Origin: Terriglobia bacterium
Lineage (GTDB): Bacteria > Acidobacteriota > Terriglobia > 20CM-2-55-15
Direction: 5' to 3'
Length of the DNA: 64,000 bases
NCBI GenBank assembly: GCA_036496425.1
Contig: DASXLG010000304.1
Coordinates: 7,919 to 71,918, forward strand
Part shown: piece by piece, positions 6,613-15,181 of the stretch
Layout: every line of letters starts with the position of its first letter
Position numbering within the stretch: the stretch's first letter is position 1
Program-made: the position numbers and the translations under genes
Notes under the pieces: generated by a model
What the model saw: the letters and a program-made list of their open reading frames with translations, nothing else
What the model was told of the DNA's origin: nothing
The model's database searches: none

Positions 6613-8493
6613 ATGACACGCAGAATCCTTGCCGGCACCGCCGCCATTCTGTTCCTCGTCATCACGAGCTTCACGCTCGGTTCAACCCAGAGTTCCGTCG
6701 CGGATGCGGCCATGAAAGGCGACAAAGCCGCGCTGCGTACCCTGATCCAGCAGAAGGCCGACGTCAACGCGCCGCAGATCGACGGCGCAACCGCTGCGCA
6801 CTGGGCTGTATATAAGGATGACCTCGAGATGCTTGACCTGCTCATCGGCGCGGGCGCGCGCGTCAACGTCGCGAATCGCGAAGGCGCGACGCCGCTGCAC
6901 ATGGCAGCGCTTTACGGCGATGCGCGTATCGTCGAAAGACTTCTGAAGGCCGCAGCCGATCCGCGCCAGAAAGGACCCGCGGGTGAAACGCTGCTGATGC
7001 TCGCTGCGCACAACGGGAATCCCGGCGTGGTCAAACTCCTGATCGTGGCCGGGGCCGACGTCAACGCTCGCGAGCCGCTCCGCGGAACGACCGCGTTGAT
7101 GTGGGCTGTCGAACAGAAACATCCCGAAGCGGTGAAAGCGCTCCTTGACGGAGGCGCCGATTTTGCCGCGAAGTCCGCCGGGGCCGGTCTGCCGCGAAAC
7201 TACATGACCGGAAAGGTGAATACCGCCGCGGTTCAAACTGCCGCCGAGCGGCAGATGCGCGCCTCCGCTGCGGGCCGGAGTTATGAAGAACAGCTGAAGC
7301 TCGAAGGCGTTGGCGGACGTTTTGGCGGAACGGATCGAACGCAGCTTCGCATCGGCCAACCCGGCGCCGGGCAAGCGCCGGCCGGACAGCGCGGCGGAGG
7401 CCAGCGCGGAGCCGGACAGCGCGGGAATGCGACGGCGGCGGCCGGAGCCGAAGGCGCCGCAGCAGGCGCGGCGGGAGATCAGGCGGACCAGGATTTCGTC
7501 TTTGCGGGCCTCGTCGGAACGGGCGGCGGCGGCTTGACCGCTCTCGTGCTCGCGGCGCGCGAAGGCGATCTCGAGTCGGCGAAACTTCTGCTCGACAAGG
7601 GAGCGGATATCAACCAGGTCACTGAATACGGCTGGACGCCGCTTCTCACGGCAACAAATAACCGGCACTACCAGCTTGCCGAGTATCTGATCGGGCGCGG
7701 CGCCAACGTCAATCTTGCAAATAAGGGAATGTGGACGCCGCTGTACCTTGCGACGGATAACCGCAACATCGAGGGCGGAGACTTTCCGGTTCCGAAGCCC
7801 GATCTGGATAACCTCGAGTTCATCAAGTACCTCCTCGACCACGGCGCCAATCCGAACGTGCGCGCCAAGGACAACACGCTGACGCGGACGATCTTCACCA
7901 TGCAGTGGTTCTTCGAGGCCGGCGCCACGCCGTTCGTGCGCGCAGCGCAGTCAGGCGACCTGGAACTGCTGAAGCTGCTGGTGAAGTACGGCGCCGATCC
8001 GATGCTCAAAACCGATTTCGCCGACACGGCACTCACAGCGGCCGCCGGAATCGGATGGGTGGAAGGCGTCACGTATGAGCACTCGCCGGAAGAGAACGCC
8101 GCGACCGTGAAGTATCTGCTCGAACTCGGGCTCGATCCGAACGCGGCCAATCAGGATGGACGCACGCCACTGATGGGCGCGGCGCTTAAGGGACGCAGCG
8201 GCGTAGTGCAAATGCTCGTGGATCACGGCGCGAAACTCGATCAGCGGGACAAGGGAAGCCGGGATACAGACACTGTGGTTTCGGTGAATGCGGGGCATAC
8301 CTGGCAAGCGGTGGATTATGCCGACGGTCTTGTGCGTGTGGGTGTGCAGTCTGCGATCGCAAGGCCCGAGACGGGGGCGCTGATCCGGAAGATGATGGCG
8401 GAGCGGAATATGGCTTTCCCGCCCTCGAATCGCACGGTGTATTCGGTGTGCGTGGTCGAGCTGTGCAAGGAGCGGGTCCCGGTCGAGAAATAA
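6613..8493 (+). CDS. Secreted ankyrin-repeat protein with a Gly/Gln/Ala low-complexity linker
   Basis: Start set at MTRRILAGTAAILFLVITSF (signal peptide; RBS AGGAGA). Multiple ankyrin consensus blocks (GATPLHMAA, GETLLMLAAHNGN, GWTPLLTA, GRTPLMGAA). Linker GQPGAGQAPAGQRGGGQRGAGQRG. Confidence 0.85.
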   Translation: MTRRILAGTAAILFLVITSFTLGSTQSSVADAAMKGDKAALRTLIQQKADVNAPQIDGATAAHWAVYKDDLEMLDLLIGAGARVNVANREGATPLHMAALYGDARIVERLLKAAADPRQKGPAGETLLMLAAHNGNPGVVKLLIVAGADVNAREPLRGTTALMWAVEQKHPEAVKALLDGGADFAAKSAGAGLPRNYMTGKVNTAAVQTAAERQMRASAAGRSYEEQLKLEGVGGRFGGTDRTQLRIGQPGAGQAPAGQRGGGQRGAGQRGNATAAAGAEGAAAGAAGDQADQDFVFAGLVGTGGGGLTALVLAAREGDLESAKLLLDKGADINQVTEYGWTPLLTATNNRHYQLAEYLIGRGANVNLANKGMWTPLYLATDNRNIEGGDFPVPKPDLDNLEFIKYLLDHGANPNVRAKDNTLTRTIFTMQWFFEAGATPFVRAAQSGDLELLKLLVKYGADPMLKTDFADTALTAAAGIGWVEGVTYEHSPEENAATVKYLLELGLDPNAANQDGRTPLMGAALKGRSGVVQMLVDHGAKLDQRDKGSRDTDTVVSVNAGHTWQAVDYADGLVRVGVQSAIARPETGALIRKMMAERNMAFPPSNRTVYSVCVVELCKERVPVEK

Positions 8494-8578
8494 ATATTGG
8501 AAATTCGAAATTGGAGGTTGGAAATTGAAATCGGATTTCCAATTTCGGATTTCCAATTTCGAATCTCCAATAGGTCTT
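8494..8578 (+). terminator. AT-rich compound hairpin element directly after the ankyrin gene stop; member of a 3-copy family with ends TTGGAAATT...AATCTCCAATAGGTCTT
   Basis: ~70% AT in a ~60% GC context. Stems TTGGAAAT/ATTTCCAA. The same termini are seen at 15094..15179, and related ones at 55803..55897. Confidence 0.5.
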
Positions 8579-8597
8579 GTGCTATCGTCAGGCGCTT

Positions 8598-10355
8598 ATG
8601 CCGTTCGACGATTTGCAGCAGTTTGTTCAGCACCTAGAGGCCGGCGGCCAGCTCAAGCGCGTGCGCGCCGAGGTCGATCCGGAACTCGAAGTCACTGAAA
8701 TTACTCAGCGCGTTCTGCGGGAGGGTGGCCCGGCGCTGCTTTTCGAAAATCCCAAGGGCTCGCGCACGCCACTCCTGATGAATCTCTTCGGTACGACTCG
8801 GCGTGTCAATGACGCGCTTGGCGGAGATCCGGCGCAGATCGGCGCCGAATTATTTCAGGCGATCCAGCGCGTCAATCCGCCATCGCTCAAAGGTCTCTGG
8901 CAGTCTCGAAGTTTGATCAAGCGCGGTCTCACGACGCATCCTAAGAAGGTCGGCTCCGCCATTTCACAGCAAGTCGTCGAGGCCCCCGACCTGAATCGTC
9001 TTCCCATCCTCAAGTGCTGGCCGGGCGACGGCGGGCGCTTCATCACGTACGGGATGGTCCTCACGCAGGATCCCAACACGCAGCGGCGGAATCTCGGCCT
9101 CTACCGTCTTCAGGTTTTCGGCAGCGGCACCACGGGCATGCATTGGCAAAGCATGAAAGGCGGCCGCGGGCACTACTGGCATGCGGAAGCCGCGGGCAAG
9201 GATCTGGAAACCGCCGTCATTATCGGAGGTGATCCGATCCTGATGATTGCGGCGATCCTCCCGCTCCCGGAGGACGTCGATGAACTCGCGTTCGCCGGAT
9301 TTCTGCGCGGCCGCAGCATCGGCCTGGCGCGCGCGAAGACACTGGATATGCTCGTGCCCGCGAACGCCGAGTTTGTCTTCGAAGGCGTCGTGCCCAAGGG
9401 TGTGCGTAAGCTCGAAGGCCCGTTCGGCGATCACTTCGGACACTATTCGGAGGCGGCCGAGTTTCCAGTCTTTCAGATCCGGAAAGTGACGCATCGTCGG
9501 AATCCGATTTACGTGGCGACGGTCGTCGGCAAGCCGCCGCAGGAGGACAAGTTTCTCGGCATCGCCGCGGGACAGATGGTCGGTCCGCTGATCAAGCTGA
9601 TCAATCCGAACATCGTGGACATGTGCGCGTACGTGGGCGCGGGCTTTCACAACCTGCTGGTGGTGTCGCTGGCCGAGCGCCATCCAAAAGAGAACCTCAA
9701 GACCGCGATGTCGCTGCTCGGCACCGGGCAGCTTTCGCTCACGAAGGTGATGGTGCTGGTGAATCGCGGCGTCGATCCTGCGGATTTTCACGCGGTGTTG
9801 AAAGAGATCCGGCTGCGTTTCGATCCGGAAGATCATATGTGGCTGCTGCCGTTCATGCCGCTGGACACGCTGGATTTCACGTCGTTCAAGATGCACGTGG
9901 GCAGCAAGCTGATCATCAATGCCGCCGGGGCGGACGGGGAAGAGATTCGGAAGCGGCGGGAGCCCGTGCAGGCAATAGATCCCAAGCCGTTCGATGCGCG
10001 GATCGAAGCCTACCGCTGGCTGGAGGGCGCGTTTCTCGTCATCGTGGTGAAAAGCAATCCGCGGGAGGTGCTGGCGAATCTGGTGCGGGCGCCGCTGGAT
10101 GTGCGATTTGTGATTGCCGTGAGCGGCGATGTGGGGCTGGACGACGACGAAAACCTGCAATGGGGCATCTTCACGCGTTTCGACCCGGCTCGCGACATCA
10201 TCGTCACGGAGCAAACTTTTGTTGGAGCAAGACCCGTATATCGAGGTATTGTCGGCATCGACGCAACATGGAAAGAGGGCTATCCCGCCCCGCTGGCGAT
10301 GGATGAATCGGTTGTCCAGTTGGTGGACCGCCGGTGGGGGGAATACTGGAAATAG
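8598..10355 (+). CDS. ubiD: UbiD-family decarboxylase (3-octaprenyl-4-hydroxybenzoate carboxy-lyase-like)
   Basis: 586-aa product with UbiD signature regions (FENPKGS, LGLYRLQV, GGDP..., HFGHY). Confidence 0.85.
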   Translation: MPFDDLQQFVQHLEAGGQLKRVRAEVDPELEVTEITQRVLREGGPALLFENPKGSRTPLLMNLFGTTRRVNDALGGDPAQIGAELFQAIQRVNPPSLKGLWQSRSLIKRGLTTHPKKVGSAISQQVVEAPDLNRLPILKCWPGDGGRFITYGMVLTQDPNTQRRNLGLYRLQVFGSGTTGMHWQSMKGGRGHYWHAEAAGKDLETAVIIGGDPILMIAAILPLPEDVDELAFAGFLRGRSIGLARAKTLDMLVPANAEFVFEGVVPKGVRKLEGPFGDHFGHYSEAAEFPVFQIRKVTHRRNPIYVATVVGKPPQEDKFLGIAAGQMVGPLIKLINPNIVDMCAYVGAGFHNLLVVSLAERHPKENLKTAMSLLGTGQLSLTKVMVLVNRGVDPADFHAVLKEIRLRFDPEDHMWLLPFMPLDTLDFTSFKMHVGSKLIINAAGADGEEIRKRREPVQAIDPKPFDARIEAYRWLEGAFLVIVVKSNPREVLANLVRAPLDVRFVIAVSGDVGLDDDENLQWGIFTRFDPARDIIVTEQTFVGARPVYRGIVGIDATWKEGYPAPLAMDESVVQLVDRRWGEYWK

Positions 10356-10399
10356 GTCTGCCAACCCTCGGACGAACAACGTTGTCTATAGATTACGGA

Positions 10400-10978
10400 A
10401 TGCGCTTGACCCCGGCCGAAGAAGCCGAACTGATTGCCCGGGCACAGAAGGGCGACACGGATGCCTTTTGCCAATTGGCAGCCTGTCATCAGAGGAATCT
10501 CTACGTGCTGGCACTGAAGTATAGTGGCAATCATCATGATGCCGAGGATCTTACCCAGGACGTCATGCTGAACGCCTATCGCGCGATTCATCAGTTCAAA
10601 GGGCTGTCGTCATTCCGGACCTGGCTGTCGAGAATCATGGTCAATTCCTTCCTGAATCAGAAGCGCAAGAGCGATCCGCTCGCTTCGTCCGACTGGCAGG
10701 AGGCGGACACCGTTCCACTGCTGGCCCGCACTTCCGAGCGGCATGTGAATGACGGGCTGGTGATGCAGCAGATTCTCAAGCTGCTGCAAGGAGTACCGGA
10801 GCGCCAACGCCTCATGTTTTTGATGAAGCATCAGGAAGGAATGACGTGCGAGGAAATTGCGGAGCTGATGGGCACGTCTGTTGGAACGGTGAAGAAAACA
10901 TTGTTCCGCGTCGTCGACCGTCTGCGGCAGCATTTCTCCGCGCCGGCCATCAAGGGAAAGTTTTATGCACAATTGTGA
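10400..10978 (+). CDS. ECF-type RNA polymerase sigma-70 factor
   Basis: Region 2 (DAEDLTQDVMLNAYRAI) and region 4 (MTCEEIAELMGTSVGTVKKTLFR) motifs. Confidence 0.85.
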   Translation: MRLTPAEEAELIARAQKGDTDAFCQLAACHQRNLYVLALKYSGNHHDAEDLTQDVMLNAYRAIHQFKGLSSFRTWLSRIMVNSFLNQKRKSDPLASSDWQEADTVPLLARTSERHVNDGLVMQQILKLLQGVPERQRLMFLMKHQEGMTCEEIAELMGTSVGTVKKTLFRVVDRLRQHFSAPAIKGKFYAQL

Positions 10979-11705
10979 AGCATTCCGGGAACGGATAACG
11001 GAATACATCATCGACCGGCAGGATCTGATTTCGGATCCGCGGTTCAAAAATGAGTTTTTGATCTGCACGAATTGCTGCGAGTTCTACCTGGATTCGTGCG
11101 AGATGATGAGCGCGCTGATCCTGGTGGATGCCGCGGTCGAAATTGGCGGGGATAACTGGGGACGTCTCCCCATTTCCGCTGTACTTCGCGGAAACAGGGA
11201 GTCTTCCCCATTTATTCCCGCGCGTAAGACTGGCGCGTTGGGACATTCCATTCAATGGGCTGCTGCGGCGGCCGCGCTTGTCCTTATTGCCGGAGGGCTG
11301 CTGCGGCTGCCCGCGCCGGTCCCGCTGCCCGCTGTTCAAAACATCGAGCAGCCGTTGCCGCTGGATCCCGTAACGGTCGATTTCCTGCAGCAATCCGAAC
11401 TGCTGTTGCGGAATGTCGAAAACATGGCGCCGAACGATACGCGGGATCTTGCGGACGTCAAGCGGATCGCCAACGAGCAGCTTCTCGCAATCGATGAACG
11501 CAAAGACGCCGCGGCGCAGGTGCCCCCGGTGCGCAACGTCATGGATACGTACGAGACGGTGCTGCGCGACATCCGCAATGTGAACGAGCAGACCGCTCCC
11601 GACGACGTGCCGGATATTCAGCATCGAATTCAACGCGATGGATTGATCGCCAATATCAAGTCATTTCAGCCGCGCGTCACTACGGTGGGTTATGGTCCGA
11701 GGTAA
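10965..11705 (+). CDS. Putative anti-sigma factor (zinc-finger type N-terminus, single TM helix)
   Basis: Overlaps the sigma gene stop. N-terminus MHNCEAFRERITEYIID...CTNCCEFYLDSC (His/Cys cluster). TM segment IQWAAAAAALVLIAGGLL. Confidence 0.65.
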   Translation: MHNCEAFRERITEYIIDRQDLISDPRFKNEFLICTNCCEFYLDSCEMMSALILVDAAVEIGGDNWGRLPISAVLRGNRESSPFIPARKTGALGHSIQWAAAAAALVLIAGGLLRLPAPVPLPAVQNIEQPLPLDPVTVDFLQQSELLLRNVENMAPNDTRDLADVKRIANEQLLAIDERKDAAAQVPPVRNVMDTYETVLRDIRNVNEQTAPDDVPDIQHRIQRDGLIANIKSFQPRVTTVGYGPR

Positions 11706-12732
11706 TACGAAACTCAGTCAATGGCTTGTGATCGGGGCCGGTGTGCTCGCGGCAGCTTTCCTGATGATGACGCCGCCGGTATTTGCGCAGAATGCCCGAG
11801 TCCTCGTCTTGCAACGGAACTTCGTCGAACCGGGAGATCCCGCGCGGGAGTTGTTCAACCATGGGCAGAGCTTATACGATCAGTTCCGCTATCTTGAAGC
11901 CGAGAAGACGTTCCGTGAAGTCGTCGCAAAATACTCCAATAGCAACATTGCGGACAAAGCGGAGTATTACCTGATCCGGACACTCGGCCAACTCGGTAAG
12001 ACGCCTGAGGCCTTGACCCGGGTCAAGGCGTTTCCCAAGACGTATCCCAGGTCGACATGGACGCCGGACGTCGAAGAATTCGCAATGCAGTGGACGGATC
12101 AGGCTCCGGGAGTGGCGCGCTCCATCCTGATTCGCCGCGCTCCCGCATTGACGTTGGCTCCCGCCGATATCCAGGCCGTCAACCAGCAGATCAGCCTGAT
12201 GCAGGAAGCCCTGCGCGTGATGTTTCGCAGCGATGTGACTGACGCCCTCCAGATTACGAATGACCGGCTCAAAACAAACATGGCGGATCCTGTCGCGTTG
12301 TCGGTTCTCGGCATGATTGCGACCACCGCGGCGCCTCAGGGACTGCCGATTCTGGTGGACGTCGCGAAGAACTCGCCGAGCATGCGGGCGCGCAAAGACG
12401 CCATCTACTGGATGAGCCAGGGGCCGGGCGACAAAGACATGACCATCGATACGTTGATGGGCCTGCTTCCAGCGGCGAGCGAAGACACCACCGACGCCGT
12501 AACGTTTTCCCTTGCGCAGATCCGGACCGAGAAGGCCTACAACGCACTCGCCGGCATTGTGTTGGACAAGACGCGGAGCGAAAGTCTCCGCAAGCTGGCG
12601 CTCGTGAGACTGGGACAGAATCATGATCTGCGCGCTAAAGACGCGCTGGAAAATATTACCACCAGCGATACGGATGGCCGCTTCCGCATGGAGGCCCTCC
12701 AGATTCTCGAAGCCCTCCTCAGAAGACGCTGA
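11692..12732 (+). CDS. Secreted hypothetical protein (alpha-helical repeat-like); third gene of the sigma/anti-sigma operon
   Basis: Signal peptide MVRGNTKLSQWLVIGAGVLAAAFLMMTPPVFAQ. Overlaps the anti-sigma 3' end by 14 nt. Confidence 0.6.
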   Translation: MVRGNTKLSQWLVIGAGVLAAAFLMMTPPVFAQNARVLVLQRNFVEPGDPARELFNHGQSLYDQFRYLEAEKTFREVVAKYSNSNIADKAEYYLIRTLGQLGKTPEALTRVKAFPKTYPRSTWTPDVEEFAMQWTDQAPGVARSILIRRAPALTLAPADIQAVNQQISLMQEALRVMFRSDVTDALQITNDRLKTNMADPVALSVLGMIATTAAPQGLPILVDVAKNSPSMRARKDAIYWMSQGPGDKDMTIDTLMGLLPAASEDTTDAVTFSLAQIRTEKAYNALAGIVLDKTRSESLRKLALVRLGQNHDLRAKDALENITTSDTDGRFRMEALQILEALLRRR

Positions 12733-12739
12733 GAAAACA

Positions 12740-12812
12740 GGAACCACAAAAGGCACAAGACGTACAGAAGGCTCTTGTGCCTTTTGCGCTTCTTGTGGTT
12801 CCTTCTTCTTGC
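12740..12812 (+). terminator. Long bipartite hairpin followed by a T-rich tract, between the sigma-operon last gene and pfkB
   Basis: GGAACCACAA-AAGGCACAAG ... CTTGTGCCTT ... TTGTGGTTCC then TTCTTCTT. The hairpin ends one nt before the pfkB ATG. Confidence 0.45.
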
Positions 12813-13715
12813 ATGCTTCTGGTTGTCTGTCCAAACCTCGCCATCGACCGCATCCTTCAGGTCGGCAACCTCACACCGGGCGCCGTTCAGCGCAGCCGTC
12901 AGGCTGTGGTTCAGCCGGGCGGGAAGGGAAGCAATGCCGCGCGGGTCTTCCGGCAACTGGGCGGCGACGTTGTCCTGTTAGGATTCGTCGGATCGAGAAA
13001 CGGATCGGCGGTGACGGAGCCCTTGCGCCGCATCGGCATTCATGTCGATACCGTTGCCGCCTACGAAGAAACCCGGACCTGCACGATCATATGCGACGCG
13101 AGCCGTGCTTCACATCCCACCGTCATCAACGAGGAGAGTCCGGAGGTCGAGCCCGCTGCAGCCGCAAAGCTCTTAAGGAAGGTCGAGCGCTGGATCGGCC
13201 GTGCCGACGGGGTCCTCACGACCGGGAGTCTTTCCACGGGGCTGCCCGTTACGCTTTATGCGGAGATTATCGACCGCGCGCGCCGGCGAGGGAAGTTCAC
13301 TGCCATTGATGCGACCGGGGCTGCCCTTCGCGCAGGTCTTGCCGCCCGTCCCGACTTCATGAAACCGAACACGGGGGAGATGCGCGAACTGCTTGCGTCA
13401 TCAGCCATTTCGACGCTTGCGGCCCACACCGCCATCACGTTCGGCAATGCAGGTGCTATTGTCCTCAACGAGGGGCAGTGTCTCTTCGCCCCGCCGCCCC
13501 GTATTTTCACCGCCAATCCGATCGGAGCGGGCGATGCGTTCGCCGCCGGATACTTGAAATCATTGCTCGAACACCGGCCTGTGACGGAGTGTTTCCGTCT
13601 CGCGCTGGCCGCGGCGGCGAGCGATGCCGGCACGCTGCGGCCGGGCTTCATCGATCGCTCACAGCTTGCCGTTCTCGCCGCCGCAGTGGAATACCGATTC
13701 ACACCGTCGTTCTGA
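12813..13715 (+). CDS. PfkB-family sugar kinase (1-phosphofructokinase / tagatose-6-phosphate kinase-like)
   Basis: MLLVVCPNLAIDRIL N-terminus, GGKGSN and GAGDAF motifs; start reassigned from track ORF 12777. Confidence 0.8.
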   Translation: MLLVVCPNLAIDRILQVGNLTPGAVQRSRQAVVQPGGKGSNAARVFRQLGGDVVLLGFVGSRNGSAVTEPLRRIGIHVDTVAAYEETRTCTIICDASRASHPTVINEESPEVEPAAAAKLLRKVERWIGRADGVLTTGSLSTGLPVTLYAEIIDRARRRGKFTAIDATGAALRAGLAARPDFMKPNTGEMRELLASSAISTLAAHTAITFGNAGAIVLNEGQCLFAPPPRIFTANPIGAGDAFAAGYLKSLLEHRPVTECFRLALAAAASDAGTLRPGFIDRSQLAVLAAAVEYRFTPSF

Positions 13716-13795
13716 TTCCCACGTCTGACGCGTCTTCCGGCTTCGGCAGCGCAATTGCATAAACCCGCTTAGAGATCACAAATACGGAGCGCTCT

Positions 13796-14782
13796 ATGCA
13801 GTTCCTGAAAGCATTTGTCGTTCTGCCGATCCTGCTGATTCTGCTTCTGAGTCCCACTACAAGTCCGGCCGCTGAAAGATCGCAGACGGTGACGGGCAGA
13901 TTTCTTTTCGAAAACGGCGACTTCGCATGTGATCACTGTATGGTGACTCTGCTCGCGAACAGCATCCGGCCCATCGGCACCACGTTTGTCGATCTTTCCG
14001 GCCGCTTCACGTTTACGAACGTGCCTCCCGGCATGTATACGGTTCATGCCGATATCGACGGGTTCGAGCCGGTCAATCAGACCGTCGACCTCGATGGAGT
14101 CGATGCGAACCTTTTGATCGCGATCGTGCGCAGACCGCCTGTCGTTTCGAACGCGGGCGACGTTGTCAACGTTCGGGAGTTCAAAGAGATCTATCCGAAG
14201 AAGGCCGTCTCTTATTTCGAGAAGGGATCGAGCGCGCTCGAGGGTAAGAAATACGAAGAGGCCATCAAGGATCTCCATGAGGCGATTCAGTTCGCGCCGG
14301 AGTTCTATGAAGCGCACAATCAGCTCGGGATCGCCTATCGCGACTCCGGTCAAACCGACGACGCCGAGAAGGAATTCATCGCAGCCCACCAATTGAATTC
14401 GACCGGCGTTGCGCCGCTGCTCAATCTGACGACGTTATACCTGGACGAAGACAAGCCCGATCGGGCGGTCACCACGGGCGAAGAAGCGGTAAAGATCAAT
14501 TCGCATTCGGCGCCGGCGTTCTTCAGCCTGGGTGTTGCGCTGTACAAGGTTGCCAGCCTGGATCGCGCGGAAGCGGCATTTAAACGAGCCCTCGAACTGG
14601 CGCCGAAAATGCCCAGCGTGCGCCTGATGCTCGCGAACGTTTATCTCAAGCTGCATCGCTATGACCGGACCCTGGATCAGCTGAACAGCTATATCGCGGA
14701 AAACCCGCATGGACAGCATCTGAGCGATGTGCAGCAGCTGCGCGACCAGCTGATGAAGGCCACCGAGACCGGACAGCCATAG
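13796..14782 (+). CDS. Secreted protein with an N-terminal carboxypeptidase-regulatory-like (beta-sandwich) region and C-terminal TPR repeats
   Basis: Signal peptide. GRFLFENGD...VTLLANS...TFTNVPPGMYTV is CarboxypepD_reg-like. The C-terminal half has TPR-like repeats (AIQFAPEFYEAHNQLGIAY etc.). Confidence 0.7.
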   Translation: MQFLKAFVVLPILLILLLSPTTSPAAERSQTVTGRFLFENGDFACDHCMVTLLANSIRPIGTTFVDLSGRFTFTNVPPGMYTVHADIDGFEPVNQTVDLDGVDANLLIAIVRRPPVVSNAGDVVNVREFKEIYPKKAVSYFEKGSSALEGKKYEEAIKDLHEAIQFAPEFYEAHNQLGIAYRDSGQTDDAEKEFIAAHQLNSTGVAPLLNLTTLYLDEDKPDRAVTTGEEAVKINSHSAPAFFSLGVALYKVASLDRAEAAFKRALELAPKMPSVRLMLANVYLKLHRYDRTLDQLNSYIAENPHGQHLSDVQQLRDQLMKATETGQP

Positions 14783-14796
14783 TATACTGTCCGCAT

Positions 14797-15093
14797 ATGG
14801 ACAAAAAAGAGAAGACGATTCGCGTGCAGTGCACGTGCTGCGAAGCCGTACTCACCGTGGACAAAGCCTCCGGCGAGGTTCTCTTCACGGAAAAGCCGAA
14901 AACGACGTCGAAGTTTTCGTTCGAAGATGCATTCCAGAAGGTGAAAAAGGATCAGGAAACCGCGGACGACCGGTTCAAGGAAGCGTTTCTGAAGGAAAAA
15001 GACCGGATGAACGTCATCGACAAGAAGTTCGAAGAGGCGATGAAGCGGAAGGACGAACTGGAAATGCCGATCAAGCCTTTTGATCTGGATTAA
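14797..15093 (+). CDS. Small K/E-rich hypothetical protein with an N-terminal Cys cluster (possible zinc-ribbon)
   Basis: 98-aa ORF; VQCTCCEAVLTV resembles MJ0042-type zinc fingers; no strong RBS. Confidence 0.45.
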   Translation: MDKKEKTIRVQCTCCEAVLTVDKASGEVLFTEKPKTTSKFSFEDAFQKVKKDQETADDRFKEAFLKEKDRMNVIDKKFEEAMKRKDELEMPIKPFDLD

Positions 15094-15179
15094 ATTGGAA
15101 ATTGCATCATTCGAAGTTGCTTCACATTTCAAATATAGAAATGAAGCAACCTCTAATGATGCAATCTCCAATAGGTCTT
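15094..15179. terminator. AT-rich long hairpin element between convergent genes (small protein and pnp); second member of the TTGGAAATT...CTCCAATAGGTCTT family
   Basis: TTGGAAATTGCATCATT...AATGATGCAATCTCCAA outer stem. Inner GTTGCTTCACATTTC/GAAATGAAGCAAC. Confidence 0.5.
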
Positions 15180-15181
15180 AA

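Noticed and set aside
6203-6619. Track ORFs 6203..6529(+) and 6407..6619(-), both ending ...HVERQMYLTR / ...NVERHMYLTR
   Set aside because: Their near-identical C-termini are produced by reading the two arms of the 160-bp palindrome. They are a symmetry artefact rather than coding sequence.
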